Program-made: the position numbers and the translations under genes | Shown: positions 47,335 through 56,083 of the stretch, piece after piece | How the letters are laid out: each line of letters begins with the position of its first letter | How positions within the stretch are numbered: position 1 is the first letter of the stretch | Source: Dehalococcoidia bacterium | GTDB taxonomy: Bacteria > Chloroflexota > Dehalococcoidia > UBA2979 | Direction of reading: 5' to 3' | Assembly: GCA_964291495.2 (NCBI GenBank) | Contig: OZ219871.1 | Coordinates: 1,440,001-1,504,000, forward strand | DNA: 64,000 bases | Notes under the pieces: generated by a model | Databases searched by the model: none | What the model was told of the DNA's origin: nothing | The model's input: the letters and a program-made list of their open reading frames with translations, nothing else

Positions 47335-48048
47335 CTACGGCTCAGCCGCGCGCCCTCCCTGCGCATGGAGGAAGAACTCCGCCGTCGTGCGCACCTCGAA
47401 CTCCCAGCCGAGCGCGGCCAGCCGCTCACGCAACGCTCGAGGCTCGTAGTAGCGCTTCACGATCTCGAAGCGGCGGCCCCCGGCGATCTCGCGCAGCTCC
47501 GTCTCCGCCGCCTCGCCGGCGGCGCTCGCGCCGCTCGAACCGGTCGCCGCGGCCGAGTCGACGAAGAAGGCGCGCCCGCCCGGCATGAGCGCCGCATCGA
47601 CCAGCGCCCAGAAGGCGTCGAACCGCTCCTCCGGGACGTGCGAGAGCCAGAACCCGAAGAACACCTCGTCGTAACGGCGCTCCGGCGTCCACTCCCAGAG
47701 GTCGGCCTGGACGTAGCGCACGCGCTCCGCGCCCAGCCCGGCGGTCTCGACGCGCGCGCGGCAGCGCTCGAGCATCTCGCTCGAGGCGTCGACGGCCGTG
47801 ACCTCCTTCGCGCCCTCGGCGAGCTGCTGCGTCCACCAGCCGGTGCCGCAGGCGATCTCGAGGATGCGGCCGTGGGCGCCGAAGGCGGCGAGGGCGGCGC
47901 GCACCTCGTTCGTCTCGGCGATCCAGCGGCTGCGGAACTCGGGGCCGCGATCGTGGCGGCCGCTGCGCAGCCACCAGTCGTCGTACTCGGGCGCGCGGGC
48001 GTGGTAGTAGGCCTTCTGCTCTTCGAGGAGCCGGGTGGCGTCGGTCAT
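47335..48048 (-). CDS. Class I SAM-dependent methyltransferase
   Basis: YYHARAPEYD, LEIACGTG and FGFWLSHVP. Confidence 0.9.
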   Translation of the reverse strand: MTDATRLLEEQKAYYHARAPEYDDWWLRSGRHDRGPEFRSRWIAETNEVRAALAAFGAHGRILEIACGTGWWTQQLAEGAKEVTAVDASSEMLERCRARVETAGLGAERVRYVQADLWEWTPERRYDEVFFGFWLSHVPEERFDAFWALVDAALMPGGRAFFVDSAAATGSSGASAAGEAAETELREIAGGRRFEIVKRYYEPRALRERLAALGWEFEVRTTAEFFLHAQGGRAAEP

Positions 48049-48064
48049 CGGCGGCCTGCGGGGA

Positions 48065-48862
48065 CTAGGCCGCGCGGCGCTCGCGCACGGCCGCGACGAG
48101 TTGCGGCAGCACCTCGCCGGACGGTCCGCGCAGGATCACCGTCGCCCAGTCGCTCAGCGCCGTCGGCTCCGGGTCGATCTCGATCAGCGGCACGCCGCGT
48201 TGCGCGGCGAGCTGCGGGTAGTAGGCGACGGGATAGACCACCGCCGAGGTGCCCGCGAGCATGAACACGTCCGCGCGCGCGGTCTCCAGCTCGCAGCGTT
48301 GCAGGTGCGCCCCCGGAACCGGCTCGCCGAAGCCGACGCTGTCCGTCTTCACGGGGCTGCCGCAACCGGGCTCGGGGCACCAGGGGGGCAGCGCCTCCGG
48401 GTCGACGGCGAGGTCGTCCTCGTGCCAGCGCCCGCCGCAGGCGGGGCAGCGCAGCCAGTAGATGTTGCCGTGCACCTCGGTCAGCGAGGTGGTGCCCGCC
48501 TGGCGATGCAGGTCGTCGCCGTTCTGGGTGATGACGTGGCGCAGGATGCCCATCGCCTCGAGTTCGGCCATCGCGTAGTGGCCGGCGTTGGGCTCGGCGG
48601 CGTGGAGCTTGTCCATCAGGTCCTGGATGTCGGGGTCGCGCTCGCCGAAGAGCCGCTCTTTCCACCAGCCCTCCGGGTCGCTGAGGAAGCGCTCGAAACC
48701 GTCGGCGCGCGGCTCGCCGATCTTGGTCCAGAGTCCGCTCTTGCCTCGGAAGGTGGGCACGCCCGATTCGTGCGACACACCCGCGCCGGTGAGCGCGACC
48801 GCGTAGGAGGAATCGGCGAGGAGATCGGCGGCTCGCGCCAGCGCTGCGGGATCAACTGTCAT
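48065..48862 (-). CDS. cobB: Sir2-family NAD-dependent deacylase
   Basis: TGAGVS.ESGVPTFRG, TQN, HGN, Zn-binding Cys pairs and GTSAVVYP. Confidence 0.92.
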   Translation of the reverse strand: MTVDPAALARAADLLADSSYAVALTGAGVSHESGVPTFRGKSGLWTKIGEPRADGFERFLSDPEGWWKERLFGERDPDIQDLMDKLHAAEPNAGHYAMAELEAMGILRHVITQNGDDLHRQAGTTSLTEVHGNIYWLRCPACGGRWHEDDLAVDPEALPPWCPEPGCGSPVKTDSVGFGEPVPGAHLQRCELETARADVFMLAGTSAVVYPVAYYPQLAAQRGVPLIEIDPEPTALSDWATVILRGPSGEVLPQLVAAVRERRAA

Positions 48863-49039
48863 GGGCGCTATCGTAGCCGCTTTGCGCAAGTCGTGCAGTG
48901 GCTCCGAAACGCGGTATCAATCCTGCTGGATAGCGTGGTGTTCGCAGCAGAACTTGATGCATGGTCTGGATCGATCCATTGGATGCGAGTAGGATATGCA
49001 CATTCGGGAGATGAACTGTTAACGAAAGGTGTGTTGCAG

Positions 49040-49294
49040 GTGGCGATCTTTACCCCGAAAGAAGCGTCCGAGGTGCTCATTGGTCGCGAGCGTGCATCGG
49101 CTCGTGAACGCCAGATGTACGTTGAGGCGTTGCAGGGTTCCGAAGCAGGCATGATCGAGTTGTCCCGAGGCGAGAAGGCGTCGCGCGTCAAGCGCCTGCT
49201 TGCCGAGGCATCGAAGGAGACCGGGATTCGTGTCCGCTCCACGTGGGAGGACAAGAACCAGAAGGTGCTGCTCTGGAAGCGAGTCGGCAGCTAA
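49040..49294 (+). CDS. Small basic hypothetical protein (84 aa)
   Basis: GAAAGGTG RBS, GTG start, AT-rich upstream region and own terminator. Confidence 0.75.
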   Translation: MAIFTPKEASEVLIGRERASARERQMYVEALQGSEAGMIELSRGEKASRVKRLLAEASKETGIRVRSTWEDKNQKVLLWKRVGS

Positions 49295-49356
49295 CTCCCC
49301 GCTCTCCGTGCAGCGGGCCTTGAACGCGCCCTGACCGGCGCTTGAGGACACAAGAA

Positions 49357-49392
49357 GAACCGGCCACCAATCGGTGGCCGGTTCCTTTGTTT
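49357..49392 (+). terminator. Intrinsic terminator, probably bidirectional
   Basis: 12-bp stem GAACCGGCCACC-AATC-GGTGGCCGGTTC followed by CTTTGTTT; lies between convergent genes. Confidence 0.85.
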
Positions 49393-49424
49393 CCAGTGGC
49401 CCGCGAGGGCCTGTCCGGATTCGG

Positions 49425-50204
49425 CTAGCGGCCCTTGAAGACCGGCGTCCGCTTCTCGGCGAAGGCCTTGGCGGCCTCCATCGTGTCGTCCAGCTTGCGC
49501 AGGTCGGCCATCGCCTGCGGGAAGCTGATCGCGGTCTGGTAGGTGTTCGGGCGCGGGCGCGCCATCATCAGCTGCTGCTTGGTGACGCGCACGTGCACCG
49601 GCGGCAGCCCCGCGATCTCCTCGGCGAGGTCCATCGCCGTCGACTCCAGCTGGTCGGCCGGGACGACGTGGTTGGCGAGGCCCAGCTCGTAGGCGCGCTG
49701 CGCGTCGAACTGGTGGCCGCGAATCACGATCTCCGAGCCCGGCAGCCAGGGCAGGTTGTTGAGGATCGGGAACAGCGCCGGCCCGATGATGCCCGTCGGA
49801 ATCTCCGACATCGCGAAGCGCGCGCCCTCGGCGGCCACGCAGATGTCCGAGGCGCAGACCATGTAGAAGCCGAGGCCCCAGGCCCCGCCCTGCACCGCCG
49901 TGATCAGCGGGATGTCGGTCTCCGGCACGCTGTAGAAGCCGAGGTCGGCGACCGGCTCGTCCGCACCCACGATGTCGGGGGCGCCACCGGCCTGCTCGCG
50001 AATGTCGCGGCCCGCGCAGAAGATGCGGCCCTCGCCGGAGAGCACCACCACCCGCACGTCCGGGTCGCTCATCGCCTCGTGCCAGGCGCGCCGGCGGTCC
50101 CAGCTGATCTGCGCGCCCTGCGCGTTGAGGCGCTCGGGGCGGTTGAGGATCATCCGGAAGATGTGACCGATCTTCTCGGTCTTCACGTACGTGTACTCGG
50201 TCAT
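49425..50204 (-). CDS. Enoyl-CoA hydratase/isomerase family protein
   Basis: LNRPERLNA, FCAGRDI and AFAEKRTPVFKGR. Confidence 0.92.
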   Translation of the reverse strand: MTEYTYVKTEKIGHIFRMILNRPERLNAQGAQISWDRRRAWHEAMSDPDVRVVVLSGEGRIFCAGRDIREQAGGAPDIVGADEPVADLGFYSVPETDIPLITAVQGGAWGLGFYMVCASDICVAAEGARFAMSEIPTGIIGPALFPILNNLPWLPGSEIVIRGHQFDAQRAYELGLANHVVPADQLESTAMDLAEEIAGLPPVHVRVTKQQLMMARPRPNTYQTAISFPQAMADLRKLDDTMEAAKAFAEKRTPVFKGR

Positions 50205-50379
50205 GTGGTTCCTTACGCTGTCCCGTGTCGGCTGGCGGAATCTAGCACATCCTGCGCGCTGGCACGACCACCCCCGCGAGCGGCCGGCGACGGGCTTGTC
50301 AGCACGGCGACCGTCGTACCATCCTCGCGAGGGCTCGAGGCCGCCCTGAGCGGTCCGCAGGCGGCGTTGCGGAGGCGAG

Positions 50380-51138
50380 ATGATCAACAAGGTCGTCGAC
50401 TCGTTCGACGAGGCCGTGGCGGACGTGCCGTCGGACGCGATGATCCACTTCGGCGGCTTCGCGAACCCGCACAACACGCCCAACTACCTCATGGCCGCGC
50501 TCGCCCGCCAGGGCGCGGACCAGTTGACGGGCGTGAGCACCTTCGCCGGCTACGGCGAGGAGGTCGTGCGGGCGCTGTTCGAACGCCGCGGCCTCGATCC
50601 CCTGTCCGATGGCTGGGATCTCGGCCTGATCGCCGGCCTCGGACGGCTGCGCAAGCTGATCACGAGCTTTCCCGCGGGTAACTCGCGCGAGCTGCTCTAT
50701 CCCTTCGAGCACGTGCTGCGACGCCGGGAGGCCGAGGTCGAGGTGCTGGGTCAGGGTTCGATCGCGGAGCGCATCCGCTGCGCCCGCGCCGGCATTCCCG
50801 CCTTCTACACCCCCGTCGGCGTCGGTACCTTCGTCGCCGAGGGCAAGGAGGTGCGGGAGTTCGATGGCGTCCCGCACATCCTCGAGACCGCGCTCAGGGC
50901 GGACTTCGCGCTGATCCGCGCGCACCGCGCGGATCGCTTCGGCAACCTCGTCTTCCGCGGCCCGCGCACCTTCAACCAGACGATGGCCGGGGCCGCCGGG
51001 GTCACCGTCGCCGAGGTCGACGAGGTCGTCCCCCTTGGCGAGCTCGGTCCCGACGCGATCCACACGCCCGGCATCTACGTGCAGCGGGTCGTGGTGCGGC
51101 CCGCGACGCCGCACGACGACTGGAGGACGCCCGCATGA
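50380..51138 (+). CDS. 3-oxoacid CoA-transferase subunit A (PcaI/ScoA-like)
   Basis: GGF, QGSIAERIR, GIPAFYTP, DRFGNL and IHTPGIYV. Confidence 0.9.
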   Translation: MINKVVDSFDEAVADVPSDAMIHFGGFANPHNTPNYLMAALARQGADQLTGVSTFAGYGEEVVRALFERRGLDPLSDGWDLGLIAGLGRLRKLITSFPAGNSRELLYPFEHVLRRREAEVEVLGQGSIAERIRCARAGIPAFYTPVGVGTFVAEGKEVREFDGVPHILETALRADFALIRAHRADRFGNLVFRGPRTFNQTMAGAAGVTVAEVDEVVPLGELGPDAIHTPGIYVQRVVVRPATPHDDWRTPA

Positions 51139-51812
51139 GCGATAGCCCGGAGTTCCTCGACGAGTCCGTGATGGCGATGGTGGCGGCGCGCGACCTGCCG
51201 GACGGCGCGGTCGTGAACCTCGGCCTCGGCCTGCCGCTCGCGATCGCGGACCACATCCCCCCGGACCGCGAGGTGCTGCTGCACTCGGAGCAGGGCATCC
51301 TCGGCTTCGGTCCGCGCGCCAGCGATCCGGCCGATGTCGACCCGCTGATCATGAACGCGGGCGGCGAGCCGGTCACGCGTCCGCCGGGCATCTGCTACGT
51401 GAGCCACGACGAGTCGTTCGCGATGATCCGCGGCGGCCACCTCGACGTCTCCGTGCTGGGCGCGCTGCAGGTGGACCAGGAGGGCAACCTCGCGAACGCC
51501 CAGATTCCCGGGAAGCCCGCGCCCGGCCTGGGCGGCGGCCAGGATCTCGCCACCTGCGCGAAGCAGGTGCTGGTGGTGATGAAGCACCTCGCCCCGAACG
51601 GCTCGCCGAAGATCGTCGAGCGCTGCGACATGGTGCTGACCGCTCTCGGCTGCGTCGATCGCGTCGTGACGGACGTGGGGCTGTTCGAGATCGCGGACGG
51701 GCGCGTCACGCTGCTGGAGTACGCGCCGGGCTGGAGCGTCGAGCAGATCCAGGCGATCACCGGCGTCGAGCTGGCAGTCGCCGAGGATGTACGCGAGATC
51801 GCACTGAGATAA
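51135..51812 (+). CDS. 3-oxoacid CoA-transferase subunit B (PcaJ/ScoB-like)
   Basis: VNLGLGLP, SEQG active Glu, SFAMIRGGHLD and GLGGGQDL. Confidence 0.92.
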   Translation: MSDSPEFLDESVMAMVAARDLPDGAVVNLGLGLPLAIADHIPPDREVLLHSEQGILGFGPRASDPADVDPLIMNAGGEPVTRPPGICYVSHDESFAMIRGGHLDVSVLGALQVDQEGNLANAQIPGKPAPGLGGGQDLATCAKQVLVVMKHLAPNGSPKIVERCDMVLTALGCVDRVVTDVGLFEIADGRVTLLEYAPGWSVEQIQAITGVELAVAEDVREIALR

Positions 51813-51837
51813 GATCGCAAGTAGCAATCAAACCGCG

Positions 51838-52755
51838 GTGAGAAGGACCGACCTCGTGATTGATCGTCTGCGCAGGATTCCGCTGTTCCGAGGTGTCGCG
51901 TTCGCGGCGGCGCTGCTGGCGCTGCTGCTTGCGACGGCCTGTGGCGACGATGCGCCCTCGAAGGACGATCCCGACGCCTACACCAAGCACGTCGTGCAGG
52001 AGGCGCTCGACCGCTACGAGGACGACGGCCGCCAGGCGGTGATCGATTACTACAACACGACCGAGAGCGTGGACGGGCAGTGGTACGTCTTCATCGCCGA
52101 CGAGGACAGCGTGATCATCTCCCACGCGCCCACCCCGGGGAACATCGGGCGGTCGCTCTACGACGACCTCGGCGTCGACATCACCGGCTATGCGTTCGGG
52201 CCGCACATGGCCGCGGCAACCGGGAGCGGGCGCTGGATCAGCTACGTCTTCCTCAACCCGCAGAGCGGCGCGGAGGAAACCAAGCACGCCTGGGTGGTCC
52301 GCCGCGACGGGCTGCTCTTCGGCTCCGGCTGGTACGAGGTCACCCCGGGCGCCGGCGAGACGCCTGCTTCCCGGGCCCAGCCCGACGTCTACACGAAGTA
52401 CTTCGTCCAGCAGGCGCTCGACCGCCTCGACGCGGAGGGGGCGCAGGCGACGATCGACTACTACAACTCCCCCGAGAGCGTGGACGGCCCCTGGTACATC
52501 TTCATCTTCGACGCGGACGGGATCATGGTGGCGCACCCGACCCGGCCGGAGCGGATCGGGACGCACATCCAGGATCGCGAATGGCGGACCGACGTGACCG
52601 GGTACTACTACGGCGATGTGCTCGCGAGCACCTCGGAGACCGGACGCTGGCTCACGTACGTCTTCAACAACCCGGCGACGGGCGAGGAGCGGACCAAGCA
52701 CAGCTGGGTGATCCGTCGCAACGGCATGCTCTTCGGCGCCGGCTGGTACGAGTAG
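51838..52755 (+). CDS. Lipoprotein with two tandem Cache-like domains
   Basis: Lipobox LATAC; two repeats of PD.YTK..V..A...DG.WY.FI.D...D.TGY..G...W..Y.F.NP....K.....FG.GWYE; start uncertain. Confidence 0.8.
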   Translation: MRRTDLVIDRLRRIPLFRGVAFAAALLALLLATACGDDAPSKDDPDAYTKHVVQEALDRYEDDGRQAVIDYYNTTESVDGQWYVFIADEDSVIISHAPTPGNIGRSLYDDLGVDITGYAFGPHMAAATGSGRWISYVFLNPQSGAEETKHAWVVRRDGLLFGSGWYEVTPGAGETPASRAQPDVYTKYFVQQALDRLDAEGAQATIDYYNSPESVDGPWYIFIFDADGIMVAHPTRPERIGTHIQDREWRTDVTGYYYGDVLASTSETGRWLTYVFNNPATGEERTKHSWVIRRNGMLFGAGWYE

Positions 52756-52771
52756 CGAGGACGCGACCGGC

Positions 52772-53713
52772 TCAGGACTGCCGGCGGAACCACTCCACCG
52801 TGCGCGCCATCCCTTCCTCGAGGCTGGCGCGCGGCGTCCAGCCCCAGACCTCGCGGGCGCGTGAGGCGTCGAGGTAGATCGCCGCGTGGTCGCCGGGGCG
52901 CTCCGCGGCGTAGACCGGCGGCCGCCCGTAGCCCGTCAGCTCGGCCAGCGTGTCGAAGATGCGCTGCGTCGAGACACCCTCGCCGGTCCCGATGACGCAG
53001 GTGGCCGGCTCGCGCTCGGCGGCGAGCAGGGTGGCCTCGATCACGTCGTCGACGTAGACGTAGTCGCGCTGCTGGCTGCCGTCGCCGAAGATCGTCACCG
53101 GCTCGCCGGCGAGCATGCGTGAGCTGAAGATCGCGACCACGCCGGATTCGCCGGCGGCGTCCTGCCCCGGCCCGTAGATGTTCCCCGGCCGCAGCACCGA
53201 GAGCTCGAGGCCGAGATGGCGGCAGAGCGCCCCCAGCTCGTGCTCGGCGGCGATCTTCGAGGCGCCGTAGACGGCGTCCGGAGCGATCGGGGTGTCCTCG
53301 TTTGCCGGGAGCACGCGCGGCGCCCCGTGGAGCGCGCCGCCGGTGGAGAAGAAGACGATGCGTCGCGTCCCCGCTTCCGCGGCGGCCTGCGCGACGTGGA
53401 CGCTGCCCAGCACGTTGGTCAGCACGTCCGTCGCCGGGTCGCGCATCGAGACCGGCACCGAGGCCTGCGCCGCGAGGTGGAAGACCACCTCCGGCTGCGC
53501 CTCGGCGACGATCGACCGCGTCGAGGCGGGGTCGCGGATGTCACCGAGGTACTCGGCGACGCCCTCGGGAGGCGGGTCCGCGGGACCGCCGGGCGGGGCG
53601 AGCGAGAGGCCGCTCACGCTCCAGCCGTCGCTGGCGAGCCACCGTACGAGGTGGCGACCGACGAAACCCGACGATCCGGTGACCAGTGCACTCCCTGGAC
53701 GCTGCGTGCTCAC
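52772..53713 (-). CDS. NAD-dependent epimerase/dehydratase (GalE-like)
   Basis: TGSSGFVG, HLAAQASV, YGASK, NIYGP and RDYVYV. Confidence 0.92.
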   Translation of the reverse strand: MSTQRPGSALVTGSSGFVGRHLVRWLASDGWSVSGLSLAPPGGPADPPPEGVAEYLGDIRDPASTRSIVAEAQPEVVFHLAAQASVPVSMRDPATDVLTNVLGSVHVAQAAAEAGTRRIVFFSTGGALHGAPRVLPANEDTPIAPDAVYGASKIAAEHELGALCRHLGLELSVLRPGNIYGPGQDAAGESGVVAIFSSRMLAGEPVTIFGDGSQQRDYVYVDDVIEATLLAAEREPATCVIGTGEGVSTQRIFDTLAELTGYGRPPVYAAERPGDHAAIYLDASRAREVWGWTPRASLEEGMARTVEWFRRQS

Positions 53714-53892
53714 GGCTCCTCCCCGGTCCTCAACTCGCGGCATTCGTGTTCGCGCCGGGCGGTCGCTACCCTGTGGCCGCCGCGGCGTCGAGGCGCCTCA
53801 TCGCGCCTTATAGCGTCGTGGACGGGACGCGAACAGGGTACGGTGTCGCGCGCGGCGCCGCGCGGCGCCGCGCGGCAGGAACGAGGGCGGAC

Positions 53893-54954
53893 ATGCTCGA
53901 TGACCCGGTCCTCCGTGATCGCGTCGATCCGAGCGGCTTCTGGCGGCTGATCGCCGATCTGCCTCGGCAGGCGCGGGCGGCCCGCGAGCTGGGCCGCGAC
54001 TGCCCGCTACCCGGGCACTTCACCCGTCCCAAACGCGTCGTGATCCTCGGGATGGGCGGTTCCGCCATCGGCGGCGACGTCGTCGCGACCATCACCGAGC
54101 ATCTCGGCTCGATCCCGGCCGAGGTCGTGCGCGACTACGCCGCGCCGCCGGTCGGCGAGGGCGCGCTGCTGGTGGCCTGCTCTTTCTCCGGGGATACCGA
54201 GGAAGTCATCTCGGCCTTCTCGGCGCAGCTCGGCGGCCCCGGGATGCGGCTCGCACTGACCACCGGCGGATCGCTGGCGGCCATCGCCGAGGCGCACGAG
54301 GTCCCACTGATCGCCTACGACTTCGACGGCCCGCCACGCACCGCGCTCGGCTACAGCGTGCTCCCCTTGCTGGAGGTGCTGCGCCGGCTGGGCGCCGTGA
54401 CCCTCGACGACGACGCAATCGAGCACGCGTTGAGCGGCCTCGAGCGCTGCGCCGAGGCGTGGGGCCCGCAGCAGCCGACAGACTCCAACGCCGCGAAGCA
54501 GATCGCGCTGCGCCTGCGCGACCGGCTGCCCTACATCGTGGGCGGCGACGTGCTGGCGGTGGCGGCGCGGCGCTGGGCGGGGCAGCTCGCCGAGAACGCG
54601 AAGCAGTGGGCGTTCGCCGGCGCTCTCCCCGAGGCCGACCACAGCACGATTGTCGCCCTCGAGCGGCAGCAGGAGGCCTCGCGCGCGCTCCACGTCGTGC
54701 TGCTCGACGGCCCGGCGATGGACGCGAGGAACCGCCGCCGCGCGCAGTTGACCGCGCGGGAGCTCGGCGCCGCGGGCGTGGAGCACGAGATCGCGGCCAT
54801 CGAGGCGCCGGACCCGCTGGTCGCAGTCCTCGAGGCCTGCCAGCTCGGCGACTGGGTCTCGTACTACGTCGCGCTGCTGCACGGCGTGGACCCGCTGCCG
54901 ACGCCGATCCTCGATCGCGTCAAGGCCGCGATGGCCGACGGGGTTGGGGAGTAG
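53893..54954 (+). CDS. Bifunctional phosphoglucose/phosphomannose isomerase
   Basis: GMGGSAIGG, SFSGDTEE, PR, ENAK, PE..H and DWVSYY. Confidence 0.9.
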   Translation: MLDDPVLRDRVDPSGFWRLIADLPRQARAARELGRDCPLPGHFTRPKRVVILGMGGSAIGGDVVATITEHLGSIPAEVVRDYAAPPVGEGALLVACSFSGDTEEVISAFSAQLGGPGMRLALTTGGSLAAIAEAHEVPLIAYDFDGPPRTALGYSVLPLLEVLRRLGAVTLDDDAIEHALSGLERCAEAWGPQQPTDSNAAKQIALRLRDRLPYIVGGDVLAVAARRWAGQLAENAKQWAFAGALPEADHSTIVALERQQEASRALHVVLLDGPAMDARNRRRAQLTARELGAAGVEHEIAAIEAPDPLVAVLEACQLGDWVSYYVALLHGVDPLPTPILDRVKAAMADGVGE

Positions 54955-55148
54955 GCCCTTCGGGATCCTCCCGAGTGCCGCCCTCTTGCGGCTGCTCACC
55001 ATGTGAACGGCGCCTGACACGGCCGAGGGCTGGACACGTATGGCACTATGCCCCGGAAGGAACCGGAGGCCCTCGCGGCATGGGCGTCCGGCGTCCGAGT
55101 CCATGGGTCTGCCTATGGCGGGCTGATGCATCGTGCGAGGGGGCGCGG

Positions 55149-55337
55149 ATGACATCAGAGGCGAGGAATGGGACCGGCACGGCTCACGTCCATCACTGGA
55201 TGCTATCCGAGCCGTCCGGAGGCGAGGTGCCCGGCCGGTGTAAGGGCTGCGGCGAGGAACGCGGATTCCCCGCGAACCCGTCCAACCCGTACCTGCGCGG
55301 TCTGGCCAAGAAACGCCCGACGGGCCGCCAGAGCTAG
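55149..55337 (+). CDS. Small putative Zn-ribbon protein (62 aa)
   Basis: HVHHW...G.CKGCGEER.F pattern; GAGGGG RBS; basic tail. Confidence 0.7.
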   Translation: MTSEARNGTGTAHVHHWMLSEPSGGEVPGRCKGCGEERGFPANPSNPYLRGLAKKRPTGRQS

Positions 55338-55477
55338 CGAGCCCGCGAACGCCCGGACCCGCGAGGCGTCCCCAGCGCCGATCGCGGAGTCCGTCCCCAA
55401 ATCGAGGCGCCTCGCGCGCCTCTTCCTGCTGCCCTGAAGAGGGGACAGGACGGACGCCGCTCCATATCCGCCTCCCT

Positions 55478-55508
55478 CCGTCATTCCGGCGAAAGCCGGA
55501 ATCCAGGC
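55478..55508 (+). repeat. CGTC-tagged REP, left flank of the GIY-YIG gene
   Basis: CCGTCATTCCGGCGAAAGCCGGAATCCAGGC. Confidence 0.9.
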
Positions 55509-55549
55509 GGGTCGGCGGCGGTCACTGTTGGCGGAGCGAGGTCATAGCG

Positions 55550-55857
55550 CTAGAGGATCTCCCGATACAGATCCCGCCAGGTCGGGTTCTCTTTCTCAAT
55601 CAACTCCAGCTTCCAGGCGCGCTCCACTCCTTCAGCCGCTTCTCCCGGACAATGGCGCTCTCCATCGTCTCGTGGCGCTCGAACCAGACCAGCAAGTGCG
55701 TCCGATAACGCTCCGAGAAGCCGGCCACGAGGTCGTTCCTGTGCTCCCATACACGACGAACGAGGTCGGACGTGACTCCTGTGTAGAGCGTGCCGTTGCG
55801 CTTGCTGGCGAGGATGTAGACGCACGGGGTCCTCGAGGCTTGGCGCTTCCTGGTCAC
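55550..55857 (-). CDS. Small GIY-YIG nuclease (UPF0213-like); one frameshift near 55624
   Basis: VYILASKRNGTLYTGVTSDLVRRVWEH...AIVREKRLKEW, then next frame RAWKLELIEKENPTWRDL. Confidence 0.88.
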
Positions 55858-55976
55858 TCCCACCCCGCCCCATGTGTCATCCGCCCGCACCGTGGTCGTT
55901 GCTCGCAGGATAGGGCAGCTCCGGTGTTGACCGCCTCGTGTCATGCCCGGCTTGGCGCAAGGCGATGGGCTGGCGT

Positions 55977-56007
55977 GCCTGGATTCCGGCTTTCGCCGGA
56001 ATGACGG
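55977..56007 (-). repeat. CGTC-tagged REP, right flank (perfect 31-bp inverted copy)
   Basis: Exact reverse complement of 55478-55508. Confidence 0.9.
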
Positions 56008-56083
56008 GGAAGAGTCCGGACTGGCGGAGGGCGGGGACGCAGTTCCGCCGACAGCGCTGGCCGATGGTCGGGCTGGAATCCGG

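Noticed and set aside
55478-56007. Classical IS element with terminal inverted repeats
   Set aside because: No DDE or HUH transposase, no evident target-site duplication, and the ends are self-palindromic REPs also found singly
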